From Lama guanicoe (Eukaryota), in the NCBI GenBank assembly GCA_013239625.1, contig MU056050.1, forward strand, positions 854,084 to 918,083: a stretch of DNA of 64,000 nucleotides, read 5' to 3'. A model generated the notes under the pieces. The model ran no database searches. It saw only the letters and a program-made list of their open reading frames with translations, and was not told where the DNA came from. Position numbers and translations under genes: made by a program. Below, piece by piece: positions 12,651 through 24,899 of the stretch; the first letter of the stretch is position 1, and each line of letters opens with the position of its first letter.

Positions 12651-13759
12651 AGCTTTTTTAATAATACTATATTTTATCATATCAATAATATGTAATATAT
12701 TATTATAAAACTGCTTCCTGGGCTGCCGGGTTACCTTGCCTCCAGCAGGTCTTTACCCTCCCCCTGAGAGAAGCCTGCACTCTCCCGTTAATTCTGGAGG
12801 ATTTCTGCTGAGGAAAAGGAAAAGAGGTAATGTGTCTTTCAGTGAGAGACATTGTCCTTCTCCAAGGCCATCTCCATCCCAAAGCAAGGTGTGAGGAACT
12901 GTATGCAGAGGAAAGGCAGTCCTGTGTGGTTCCTCCAGCTGTGTGGAGGAAACCTTGTCAAAGAAGGGATTCTTGCCTCTCAGCAGCCAACCATGAAGTT
13001 TATATTTGGATTTTCATATGAATAAAACTTCAGAAGTTAGAATGGCCAGCTGTAAAAGGCCTCGTCGGTCTTTGATCTATAGAACAAGAGCTCATAATAA
13101 AGAGAAATGAAAGTGAGAGAAATACCACCTTCCCAGTCTTTGTCTATGTAATGAAAGGAGTTTTCAAACTTCCTTTAGTTGCAAATAATTTCAGTTAGCA
13201 TTTTAGGGAAGACTGAATGTAAATACCAATTCTGCTTAGGCTGGAGCCAGTTGATTAACCATTGTATCAAGTGCTGAAAGCTTCTGTTTGGGGGAGGAGG
13301 AGAAACAGGCACTCTTGTTAGGCATCCTGTTCTGGTCCCCACCTGAGGCTTTGAGTCTTACCTTCCCTCCTCTCTTACTCATCTGCCCACCCCCAAATGC
13401 AAATCAATTTTTTATGGGTGGCATCTCAATGCTAGGATAAGAAAAGGAGATTTAAGGAGAGGATGACAGATTCATCCTAGGTTGTCCATTCCACTTGTAA
13501 CCTGGAAAGTCTTGGGTGCACCCTCAGTCCTGGGCAAACCAGAATGATCACTCTAACTGAACCTATCAGGAAATGTTATTCAGGAAACCAAGGATTATGT
13601 CCTCTATGAAAAACCTTGGCAGGCTTACAGGGCAGTGTCTACATATCGATAGACCCCTAGGACCACAGTGAAACAAAGTTCTTGAGACTCAGTGAATAAA
13701 CTGAAACACACCCATTGGAGGAGAAACAATACTGACAAATGAGGAGGAGGAGAAGGAAT

Positions 13760-14080
13760 CACAGCTAGTATTTATTTAATGTTTTTTACGTGCCAGGGTC
13801 CCATGTTGTTATTTTATAGATACACCTAATTCAATCCACTATTATTATACTTACTTTATGGGTGAGAAAACAGGCTCAGTAAGCCTCTGTGACTTGTGAG
13901 GTCAAGTAGAGCCAGGATTCAAATCCATGTCTATCTAACTCCAAGGTGCACATTCTTAACCACCATATGATACTGCCTTATTTATTGAGAACTTCCTATA
14001 TTCCAGGCAGTGTACTAGGTCTCTGGGATAGAACAGTGAGCAAAGCACACATGACCCCTACCTTCATGGAGTTTTAATCC
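13760..14080 (-). mobile_element. MIR followed by an L2 3' end
   Basis: gagaaaacaggctcag...gagccaggattcaaatcc (MIR); tttattgagaacttcctatattccaggcagtgtactagg (L2 3' end). Confidence 0.75.
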
Positions 14081-14644
14081 ATGTTAGAATGATCCATATG
14101 AAAATGAGATTCTTTTGTTTTGAAATCATTATAGTTGCATGAATGCTGCTTCTATCTTACCAAAATTCTTGTGGGGAGGTGGGAGAGAAAGAAATGTGTG
14201 CTATTTATTGATGTTTGTGCCTAAGCAATTACAGAAAATGACTAGAATAGCTATTGACTAGTCTTAGAAAGATTGTTCTCTATCAGTTTTCTAGTATATA
14301 CCCCCCCAAAAAAAAGAAAGATTGAAAAACATTTATTCATGGTGTTTCTTTGGAACTAAAACATACCTATTAACATGAATCTCTTGCCAATTGCAAGTTT
14401 TTTCTTTTCCTGCTGTCAGTAACTGTCAAAGCTAAAATCTCGTATTTAGAGCCATTATGGTGGGGGTTTGTGACTCCCCAAAGCTGACCCTTATAGTATT
14501 ATGAGACATAACACACCAGGTGACCCTGATAATTGGTGTAGCCTATTAAGTTCTGCCATTATTCATTTCTGACTCTATAGGATAAATATCAAAGTCAAAA
14601 TACATATCATCTCCTTTTAGGATTTGCTTAATCCATACCTAGAT

Positions 14645-14982
14645 TAAGAAGTGGTAACTGTGGTGTAAAGGCCGAATCCAGTCTGTTGCCTGTTTTTATA
14701 TAGCCTGTGAGCTAAGAATAGTTTTTACATTTTTAAATGGCTGAAAAAATCAAATGGAGAATAAGATTTTATGACATGTGAAAATTATATGAAATTCAAA
14801 TTTAAGTGTCCATAAATAAATTCTTATTTGAACACAGCCATCCACATTCCTTTATATATATAGTCCATGGCTGATTTCCTGCTGCAGTGGCAGAACTGAG
14901 AAATTAATATAGAGAGTTTATGTTTCACAAAGCCTAAACATTTAGTATTTGACCCTTTATGAAAGAAGTATGCTGACCCCTG
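14645..14982. mobile_element. MER58B-like hAT-Charlie MITE
   Basis: gcctgtgagctaagaatagtttttac...gtgtccataaataaa...aagcctaaacattt...gctgacccctg. Confidence 0.85.
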
Positions 14983-15283
14983 GCCTAGAGGAAGGGGCTG
15001 ACCTTGTTTATGGAACATGTACATGAGAAAGCTCATAATAATAGGAAAAGTGAATCATCAGTGCTTTGTTTTGGAGGAAACAACAATAACAGCAAACATA
15101 TGTTGATGCAGTAATTACAAGTCATGTGGAATCTATAAAAGTTAAGAAAAATGTTAAATTGTATCTCTAATCATAGTCTTCCCAGATATTTTAAAAAACT
15201 TCTCTTTATCATGTCTATGGTCAGTAGCCATCGATCACTGATAACTAGAATCTACAGACATTTAAGTTAAGAGTGATATTTTA

Positions 15284-15380
15284 TTTGAAAATGAATATAC
15301 GTATGTATGTGCATGACTGGGACATTATGCTGTACACCAGAAATTGATATATTGTAATTGACTATACTTCAATTAAAAAA
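15284..15380 (+). mobile_element. 5'-truncated camelid-type L1 3' stub
   Basis: gcatgactgggacattatgctgtacaccagaaattga...actatacttcaattaaaaaa. Degenerate 15-bp TSD aagagtgatatttta (15269-15283) / aagattcatatttta (15381-15395). Confidence 0.8.
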
Positions 15381-15655
15381 AAGATTCATATTTTAGATGA
15401 CAACATTTACCTACATAATACATGTAATACATATACAATGTAAATATTTTATGTCTCTGTTCATTTGAATTTGCATTTGGGCTTTACTTTGACTGATGTT
15501 AACCCTGGAGAAGTCACTGAGTCAAATGAAAAGTAAAGGCCTGATTTCCTTTTTGCTGTTCCTCAGTTTCTCAGTAACACTTGTGACTCAAAACTATGGC
15601 TCTACTTTTTCCTCCAAAGAGAGGGAATATTTTCTCCCTTGCTCTCTTCTCTCTG

Positions 15656-15834
15656 TTTTTTTAATTTAATTTTATTTAATTTTAATTTTTATTTTATTTT
15701 GTTTTAATTTTTAAACATTTTTATTGAGTTATAGTCATTTTAAAATGGTGTGTCAAATTCCAGTGTGGAGCACAATTTTTCAGTTATACATGAACATACA
15801 TACATTCACTGTCACATTCTCTTTCGCTGTGAGC
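15656..15834 (-). mobile_element. 5'-truncated young camelid-type L1 3' stub
   Basis: T-rich tail, then tcaaattccagtgtggagcacaatttttcagttatac, nearly identical to the copies at 36292 and 40657. Confidence 0.85.
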
Positions 15835-16268
15835 CTGTATTTTTTTTTCCCCTCTACAGCAGTACCATTACCTGCTATGCAGAAATGATGAGCTCAAAAA
15901 TATTCAGTTAAGATATCCCTGTCAGTGTTGGTTTCATAAATCAACACTTGAAATTAAACGATTAATTTTTCAAACATTAAACAGGAAAGGAGCACTAGAA
16001 GAAAGATGAGGGGAATAGAAAATTAGCACCTAGGAAATATTTGCCCTTCATGGTAGCCCTTGTGTAACATTGCAGATTGAGGTTCTGCTGTTTGTAATAG
16101 AATAGTATAGCAAAGGAAACAGGTTGTTGTACATCTTTTTTCAGAGCTGGCCTGGGTGGTGGGCGGGTAAGCAAATGAGCAGAGGTCTAGGGACTGAGTA
16201 GTCCAGGTCAAAGGCCATTGTAATGAAGTATAGAAGAGGCTCAGATGTTCTTGTCATACTGAGGAAGC

Positions 16269-16804
16269 TAATGGAGTTCAGGGCAGACTGCCCCAGAATG
16301 GCATGTGGATTATTTTGAGTTGAAGATAATCAAGGCTGAACAGACTCAGGAAGAGTTTCTACTTTCCCCTTAACTGCCTAAAAGAATTGAGATAGGGGGC
16401 CAGGTCTAGGAAGAGAACTACCACCAGAGAGAACTACAAAGAGTAGGGACTAGGTGTGCTAAGTTGGGGGTAGCTTGGCCGGGTTTGTTTTCAAATTTCT
16501 CTGTGTCCCATTGTCTCTGCATGAATGGCAAACATTTATTTACCAAAAATTTGCTTTTCCCATCTTCCTGTGAATTGTCTTCCTTCCCTTTGAAGCACCA
16601 GACCCCCTATCCCCTTCTCCTTAGCTCAGGAGGCATATAAGCCTCAATTACCCTACTTTCTTTGAGTCTCTCATGTTTGTGGGAGACTCCTGTGCATACA
16701 AAGTTAAAATTGTTTTTCTCTTGCTTATCTGTCTTATGCAAATTTAATTATTAGACCAACTGAAAGAACCTAGAAAGGTAGAAGAAAATTTTTCCTCTCC
16801 TACA
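16269..16804 (+). mobile_element. ERV1 solo LTR, MER34A family, inserted into the 5' end of a MIR
   Basis: Ends ...ttcctctcctaca. 4-bp TSD aagc at 16265-16268 and 16805-16808. TATA-like catataag near 16634. Confidence 0.88.
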
Positions 16805-17050
16805 AAGCACAGTGATTGGGAACATGGACTTGGGTCAAATGGACTTGGCCTTGAAATCTGGTGCTGCTGTTTACTGGTGAAGGGCCTTAATTGGGTTATT
16901 TAATCTTAATGACTTTGATTTTCTCATTTCTAAAATGGAGATGATAAAACTACTTCCTTTTGAGGGTTGTTTTGAGGGTTGAATGAGATGTATATAAGTT
17001 TGCTTAGCACTCACTGGGCCTGGCAAAAGCACTCAGTGTATGTTTGTTAT
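16805..17050 (+). mobile_element. MIR SINE
   Basis: ttttctcatttctaaaatggagatgataa...gagggttgaatgagat. Confidence 0.8.
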
Positions 17051-17209
17051 TTTTGTAGTTAGTATGGGTACTAAGTGAAATAGTACCGGAAATCATTGCA
17101 CAACTAGCCAATACTTTGTTACAGGGCAAATCTCTGCCTACATATACAGGAAGGGAATGAAAGCAATAATGAATGGAATTTAGGAGACCTGTGCTTAGTG
17201 TGATTAAAA

Positions 17210-17435
17210 ATAATAACAATAAAAGTTAGTATTTATTATTCCTTTACTAAATATTTCATACTCACAACAATCCTAAGTATGTAATGTCATTATCCCCATT
17301 TTAAATATGAAGAGACTGAAATTTAAAAAGATTTGACTACTTGTATAAAGTAACACAGCTAGCAATTAGCAGAAGTGAGATTTGAATTTAGGCAGATAGA
17401 CTCCAGAGCCTCCATGCTTAACTGTGATGCTATGT
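17210..17435 (-). mobile_element. MIR SINE (inverted relative to the preceding MIR)
   Basis: cacaacaatcct...attatccccatttt...gaagagactga...gactccagagcc. Confidence 0.8.
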
Positions 17436-17467
17436 TACCTTCTTGATTCTGCAATTAGCCCTATGAC

Positions 17468-17586
17468 CGGGGCATAAAGGGCACACATATGGCTGTGTAA
17501 GTTATACGCCGAGCAACTCAAGGAGTAGTCTACTCATACTGGATATATGCAGTGAATAACCTGCACAGTTATACGGGTGGCTGTGT
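17468..17586. mobile_element. MER91-like hAT-Tip100 MITE
   Basis: Imperfectly palindromic: atggctgtgtaagttatac...caactc ... aacctgcacagttatacgggtggc. Confidence 0.55.
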
Positions 17587-18689
17587 GGAAGTTCCTTAGC
17601 TAATCTGAGTTTTTGTTTTCTTGTCCCTAAAATGAAAGTTCTGAACTATTTAGTCACTGGGCCTCTTCTAGCTGAGGGTCTAGTATAAATGCGTGGATAA
17701 TTCAAAAATCATTTCTAATTTGCTTTGGAGAGTTTTATACATATATTTGAATTAGTCAGTATCTGATGAATTCCTAGAATAAACCCAATAAGGACACGGC
17801 ACTGGGAAGAGCTGGAGCTAGGGTTGCTGCCTACTCTTCCCGTCGTGTTTCTCTGCTCAGGTTCTCCATGAAGAGACAGTTCATATCCGCAGCTGATGCA
17901 AAGAACTGCAGAAACCAAATGTCTCTTTCTCAGATATCCTGAGAAATCGGGATATGCTTAAAGGAATGGATTTGCAAGGCTTTCTTTGCTATGTGAACTG
18001 CATGAAAATTATGTGTAAACTTACTTGAATATCTGCTTTTGAAAATTAAGTGTTATCTACAAAAACTGATTTTAATGAAGCAATTAATTAAGCATTTTAT
18101 GTGCTACCCATCAATAAATTAGAGGTACCATTTGGTTGATAATACTGTGGATCTATACATTTGTACAGATAAATTAGCTTTAGATAATGAGATATCACTA
18201 TCACTATATTAGGACTCAGACTAGACCCTTAGATACTTCGCTTGCTTTCAGTTGAATGATGCTTTCTGTAGGCGTGCTTAACTAGATTAGCATGTTCTGC
18301 TACTCAATCGTATTCCACCCCTAAATAGAATTCTTTTTTAATATTTATACATCATCATTAAAGATATACAGTTAAGATAAAGTTAAAAAATAAGTACAAC
18401 ATTCTTATTCTTTCCATCCCACACCCCCACAAGGTTTCTTTCTGAGTCTTAGAGTTAACAGGTTCTCCCCATCCCTAATAAGTTTTTGTGCCTCTGGCAC
18501 GTCACCAAGTGTCACAACCTCTTTGGCCTGTCTTCCTGTGTAGACAGTCAACTGAACTCCCCTGTGAGAAAGAGAATTATCTGCTTGCAACTAAGCAAAG
18601 GTCAGGAACGCCTTTACCATTTCTAATGTTACTTATGCTTTAAGGTGATCTCTTATTCCCTACTCCTGCCCTACTGGTTTACTCATCGT

Positions 18690-19480
18690 TACTTGGCTCC
18701 ATCCTTCACCTTCCTGCCTCAGAGCTTTTGCTTAGGCTGATTTCCTTTGCCGGAAATTTCTCTCCCCTTCACTCATTTCTGCCTGGCACTCTCCGTCCAA
18801 AGCCCATTTCAGATTGCACTTTCTCTAATATGTCTTTACATCTTCTGTACCCCCACAGCAGTTTGCTTATACTTTAGTTATAACTACAGGGACTGCATTT
18901 GCTGAACTCGAAAATCAGGATGCATGCTTTGACAACTATAAGTATACTTACAGGAACAATGTGCTGGATTATTTGAAATCAACATGATTCTAGAAAATTC
19001 AGAGTGCATGTTTGCCTTAATTGTAGCATTCATTACAATCTGCCTTGTGTTGGTCTTAATCATGTATTTGAGTCCTCCTGTTGTTGTGAGCAAGAGTTGT
19101 GTCGTATGCATCCCTGTGTCACCCCACACCTGTCAGGTTCCTTTCTCTACAGTAGGCATTCTATTTTTAATGCAGTCATCAGCTATTTATTAAACTCATG
19201 TGATGTGGCGGGCACTGTGCTGGGTGCTGAAGATGAGATGAGGTGCTTTTCACCATGAAATAAACTACCATGAGATGTGTGACATGGTAGGCTAGACCTG
19301 GAACACATTGAGGGCATCCTCATCCAGACTTGGAGAGTTAGGGAGGTCTTGAAGGAAGTGATTTATAAGCAGAGAACTGAAGGTTGAGAAACATATCAGG
19401 GAATGATAGGGCTTAGGGGCTCATGGTAGAAAATAGTCTGTGTAAAGGTTCAACGGTGGGTGAAGGAGGGGCCTGTTGCA
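18690..19480. mobile_element. L2 fragments (about 18690-18880 and 19175-19480)
   Basis: cctgcctcagagcttttgc... and tatttattaaactc...ggcactgtgctgggtgctg. Confidence 0.55.
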
Positions 19481-20989
19481 GAAATTCCTTTTTTTTTTTT
19501 TTCAGTCCCATTTGTAATGTAGAGTGTGAAGCAGAGAATGAGAGAAGAGGTTTAAAAGGGAAGTGGGTCACTGGACAAGGTGCTACAGGATATAGGTATG
19601 ATTAAGGCATGGCCCCTGGTTTCCCAGAATTGATGTTAAAGAGGAGAGGTTCCAGGTACTGTAAGTACACATGTTAAGGCACTTCACCCTCCTGAAGGCA
19701 GGGGAGGTTTACTATAAGATGTGAGCTTTAAGTTGAAATCTAGATCACTAAGTGCTAAAGGAATTAAATTGCTAGCATTTAGCTGTTTTGCCTTTTCTAC
19801 TTTACTGAGTCTTAGCATGAAATGGAAACTGTCAGGGAGTAAGAGAGACAGCATCTCCTCTCTGCTTCCTTACTGCTAGCTTTCCTTTCTACATCTATGC
19901 TGAAATAGATTGATTACATAAAGTATAATCTTTTTTTTTCTCTTCCAATCCAAAAGCAGTTTCTCGGTCACTTTATTACTTGACTTGAAGCTTCTTCCCT
20001 CTTTTCTGATCAATATTTTAACTGAGTCTTAGGTAAAATGAAATTTACATTTAGGTGTTCCCTTAGCAACCATCACACAAAATCAAATACACCTGCTTTC
20101 AGAATCGGCTCGTCTTTTGAAAAACCTTGTAGCTACCCAATTTTCTATTATTAGCAAAATGGCTTTCTAAATGGGCTAACATCTCTTTGAAAACAAAGCA
20201 TTTTAAGAACCATATTTGAATAGAATTTATGAGGTTTTAAAATAGAGATTAAAAAGTGGCTTTACCATTTATTTAATCAGTCAATCAATAAACTTTTCTT
20301 AGTACCTATAGGTGTTATGTTAGGTCCTGTGTATTACAGAGATGACAAAGATATGGTGTTTTGTGCTGAGAAATCTTGTAATACGAAATAGCTACAGCAA
20401 TAACTGTAAAACAGGGTTTAAACAAGAAGATGCATATTAAATGTGGGACCATATACATATATGAGTTTATTTTAATGGGAGTTGTTAAAATGATCTTTAA
20501 CCTGTTTTGGACTGAATCTGAGAGATACCAGCTATCAGTGCCTGAAGCTCTAATCCCAGAAGTAAAATTTAAAGACCTAAAAAGTCTTTGCATTTGGGAG
20601 TTCTCACATTGTCATAGGAATCTAGGGAAGAAATCCGACAGTGCCATGAGAAACTGTCAGAAACTGTGTGCTATATTAAGTCGATGTAAAGTTTGCAGAG
20701 GAATTTCTGGACTCTAATTTTGTAATAAATGTGATGTTCTCGCCAAGGAAGAACATGGAGGCTGAAAGGATATAAAATGTTCAAAGATTACTATGCTTAA
20801 AATAACACTTAAAATAACCTGATAACCTGAGCTAAGCTCACCAGCAGTTTAGACTTGTAATTGTCCAACAGAGCAGAATTCTGACCAAGAGTACAAAAGG
20901 TTATGGAGCCCACGGACATGAATTCTAACAATGGTTTAAAAGTCCCTACTATGGAATTAAGCAAGTCTCTCCCTTCATCCTTCCCCCCA

Positions 20990-21240
20990 CAATTTTATTG
21001 AGAAATAATTGACGTACATCACTGTATAAGTTTAAGGTGTACAACGTGATAGTTTGATATACATACACTGTGAAATGATGAGCAGAGTAAGTTTAGCTAA
21101 CATCCATCTTCTCACTTAGATACAATGAAAAGAAAAGAAAGAAACAAGGAAAAAAATTTCTCCTTGTGATGAGAACTTTTAGGATTTACCCTCTTAACTT
21201 TCCTATCCATCGTACAGCAGCGTTAGCTGCAGTCATCAGT
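20990..21240 (-). mobile_element. L1 3' UTR end (L1MA9-like)
   Basis: ttttattgagaaataattgac...gtttaaggtgtacaac...gtgatgagaacttttaggattta. Confidence 0.8.
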
Positions 21241-21519
21241 GTAGAGTCCTGTATAGCATTGTTCCGTCTTGCCAGCTCCCCTCCTCATGTTTACTTACCT
21301 TCCACAGCCTGTCTTCTAACATGTGATCTTCCTGGCATCATTGAGCTCTCTGGAAGTTGCAGGGTAATCATTCTCCATACAATCTACTTGCCACCCTGAA
21401 TGTCACTTCTGTGAAGAGTGTTACCTTAAGGCCCATCTGCTTTTCCAACTCATCTAGAAATTAGAGGAGTGTTTTTTCTTAATCTCTTTACACCTTCATC
21501 ATACAGCTTTTTAGATTAT

Positions 21520-22090
21520 ATTCAAATGGTTTGCTTACTTGTTTCTCTCTTCCACTGAAAGGAGGAAGAGACCACATTTGTGGTATTTATAACTGTGTCT
21601 CTAGAATTTAGCCCAGTGCTTGATGCGTAGTAGATCCTAAATATATGTATGATGAGCTGTGTTTTAAACACATTTTGGAAAACTTTGAGTTAGTGCTCAT
21701 GCTAATGTGTTCAAGGTTTGTAGATCTGGTCTCTGTAGGCCATTTTCTCTTCTTCCGTTCGATAGTCAAATTTATACCACAGAGTCATCTTATTGGATAC
21801 TTGACAAGTAGGCACTATATTCCTATGCTCTGTGCTAAGAATAGGTTAAAATAATTAATAAAAGCTATATAATGAAAACTGGCACTGTTCTAAGCACTTG
21901 ATGCGTATTAAGTTGTGTTCCACAACAATCTCTATGATATATATATTATCATATCCATTTTCCAAACAAGGAAATTGAGGCATAGTGAGGTTAAGTAACT
22001 TGTCCAAGGTTACACATCTAACAAGTAGAATAACTGGAATTTTTGCCTAGGCAGTCTTTGAACCTGCTGTCTTAGTCACTGTATAATGTT
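21520..22090. mobile_element. L2 3' end (21520-21655) and MIR (21870-22090, minus)
   Basis: agcccagtgcttgatgcgtagtag (L2); gaggttaagtaacttgtccaaggttacac (MIR core). Confidence 0.7.
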
Positions 22091-22999
22091 GCCTTGAGAA
22101 CACAAGGATTAGATTGTCAGGTACAGATTGTAAAGTCTGTAAGCATTAGAGAAGAAAATTTTCTCAAGGGCTGGAATAATCAAAGAAGTCGCTTGAGAGA
22201 AGTGCACATTGGAAGAAAAATGGGTATCTATTTTTTCATTCAACTCTAATTGGCTAGAATTGTTTTTGTCACAACCAAATTAATATAAAGAGTATAAGCT
22301 TTGGATTGATGGTCAGCAAAAGCCAAAGCTGTTGGCTTTGGATCTGTCTCCTGACCTTTCTTCCACTGTGGGAGCTATTTCAAATGGCTATTATATTCTC
22401 GGGACTGGCTTACTGATACTAGGTCACCTGGTTTGACTTTCACAGGAATTAGAAATGCCTTGGTGTTTACGACTAAAAAACATTAATTCATACTAATTGT
22501 CTGCTACCTCTTTTGAGAATATAATTATCTGGGTTCAGATTTTAGTGCCCAGAAAATTTGAAGCCATGTGTCTTCAGAATTACTTGCAATTTCTATAAAA
22601 AAGTGCCCATACTCTCAAAGTGCTTTTTCTCCCAAATATTCAGCAAAATACTTTAAATTATAACACATACTTTGTAATTATCGCTTAAATATGCTATGCT
22701 GAAACTCATAGATAGTAAAATCTTCTTTTATCTAGGAATATGTATATATTCTGAAGTGTACTATAAATGCTTAAGGAAAATACTTTATAGAAAATGTATT
22801 TGAATATGTATATGTTCAGATACTACTACACTATACGTTATACTAAACATTTTCATCCACATGTAGAACCACTATGGATACAACTTCTATAAATAAAATA
22901 TTGAGTGGTGTGTTGATGACTTAAATACAGTGATATTTATTGCCATTGGTGATATAAGTACCTTAAATGGTGAACAATTCTTGCTTTCGTTGTGAACAA

Positions 23000-23180
23000 A
23001 ACAAAGTATGAACTTTATTTATGTAGTAGTTGCTTTCTTGGAAAATTCAGTGTTCATTAAAACCCTGCAAAAGCATTTTATATGAAATGAAATTCAGATC
23101 TTGGTTCAGATAATAATAAACAGATTTTTTTCATCTGAGTAAGTATCTGATGGGGCATTCAAAGATTGAGAAACATGGTC
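23000..23180. mobile_element. DNA transposon (MER-type) fragment, family uncertain
   Basis: ggaaaattcagtg...cagataataataaacag... resembles a recurrent eutherian DNA-transposon consensus. Confidence 0.4.
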
Positions 23181-23516
23181 ACATCAAGTCTTGGTTGTAT
23201 GGTTGTGTTTAGGAGGTTTATCAACCCTAGCCCTCTTATTCAGTACCTCCTCCCACCTCAGTAAAGTAGATTTTAAGGCAAAAAGACTTATTAAAGTATA
23301 AACCAGTATGTGTGTGTATGTGTATATATACTTTATATATATATATAGTTCAACCATTTAGGAAGATAAAATAATTATAAATTTGTACATACCTAATGGT
23401 ATTGCTTCTAAATATATAAAGCAAAACTTAACAGAAATACAAGGGAAATTTGGCAAGTCCACAATGAAAGAGATTTTATATACCTCTTTTGGTAAATAAT
23501 GGAATAAGAAGATAAA

Positions 23517-23855
23517 TGTCTTAGTTCATTCAGGCTGCTATAGCAAAATATCATTAACTGGGTGATTTATAAAAGACAAAAATTTATTTCTCACAGTTCT
23601 GGAGGCTGAGAAGTCCAAAATCAAGGCATTGGCAACTTTGTTGGGTGACAGCTCACTTCCTCACATACGGCCATTTTCAAGCTGTAACCTCACGTGGCAG
23701 AAGGGGACTAGGGAGCTCTGTGGGGTCTATTAGAAGACCATGACTCCCATTCATGAGAGCTCCACCCTCATGACCTAAGCCCCTCCCAGAGCTCACACCT
23801 TTTAGATTTGGACATGTGAATTTGGGAAAGGGATGTGAATATTCGGTCCATAGCA
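23517..23855 (-). mobile_element. MaLR solo LTR (MLT1A0-like)
   Basis: tgtcttagtt...tttatttctcacagttctggaggctg...ccatagca. 5-bp TSD ataaa at 23512-23516 and 23856-23860. Confidence 0.9.
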
Positions 23856-23924
23856 ATAAATCAGTCAGGATATAGAATATTGAGCTATACAACTAATTAC
23901 TCGACCTAATAAGATGTCTAAATA

Positions 23925-24106
23925 CACTGATATAGTGGAATGAGCCTATACTGACTTGTGAGAGGTACATGTATGCATCAGTGATTGCATGTTGATTGCT
24001 TGCAATTGGTCATAGTGGGAGTATTCACACCCTGGAAATGGGCAACAGTACACATCTGGGTATCTGTTTGAGCGCCAGTTGTTCAATATTTGCCAACACA
24101 CCAATG
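23925..24106. mobile_element. MER63-like hAT-Blackjack MITE
   Basis: gtgggagtattcacacc...ggaaat...gccagttgttcaatatttgccaacacacca. Confidence 0.65.
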
Positions 24107-24899
24107 CATGTATAGAGGACTGCATGTGAGTCTTGCAGATTATACTTTTTTTTCAATTACATATGGAAATATTTTCCAAATTGACCATATGCTGGTCCAT
24201 AAAGCAAATGTCCATAAATTTGGATGGATTTAAATTATATGAAGTGTGTTGTTTGACCATAATGGAATCAAGCTATAAATCAATAGCAAAATGATAACCG
24301 TTAAATTATGAAATATTTGCAGAATTAGCAATATACTTCAATATAATCCATAAATCAAAGGAAAAATGATAATGGGCTTTAGGAAATATTTTGAATTGAA
24401 TGATAACAAGTATAGATCAACACTATGCGATGCAGCTGTTATTAGAGAGATATATGTAGCCTTAAATACCTTAGAAAGAAGACAGGCTGAAAAGCGGTGA
24501 TACAAATATCCATTTCACGTAGTTAGAAAAAGAACAGCAAACTGAACTCAAGAAATACAGAAGAAAGAAAATAAAGACAAGAGCAGAAATGAAGTAGAAA
24601 TCAAACTTACAGTAGAGAAATTCAACAAAACCAAAAGTTGATTGTTTGAAAAGACTAATAAAATATATAAACTTCTAGCAACATTGTCCAGGTAAAAATC
24701 AGGGAAGGCACAAATAAACAGTATCAGGGATGAAAAGGGGAACAATTCCAACATGTTTAAATTTAAAAAAAATTTGAACAACTTTTTGCCAGTGAATTAG
24801 AAAATTTTAGTTGGTATGGACAGATTCCTAGGAAAATACATCTTACCAAAGCTGGCAGAAGAAATGGAAGCTTATGCATGGTCTTATACCTTTTAGCAT

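Larger units (their letters stand above)
23265..24880 (+). mobile_element. Ancient L1 (L1M/L1ME) ORF2 endonuclease region, degraded and interrupted by MLT1A and MER63
   Basis: A-rich L1 ORF2 text (gtagattttaaggcaaaa; ttgaccatatgctgg; gaccataatggaatcaagcta; aaaaccaaaagttgattgtttgaaaagac) with many stops. Confidence 0.8.

Noticed and set aside
11580..16804. Possible full provirus between two MER34 LTRs
   Set aside because: The LTRs are inverted and diverged, one has its own TSD, and the interval has no gag/pol/env sequence
18884..19258. Overlapping short ORFs, one with a hydrophobic TM-like stretch
   Set aside because: T-rich intronic sequence readily yields hydrophobic ORFs; overlaps L2 debris; no exon structure
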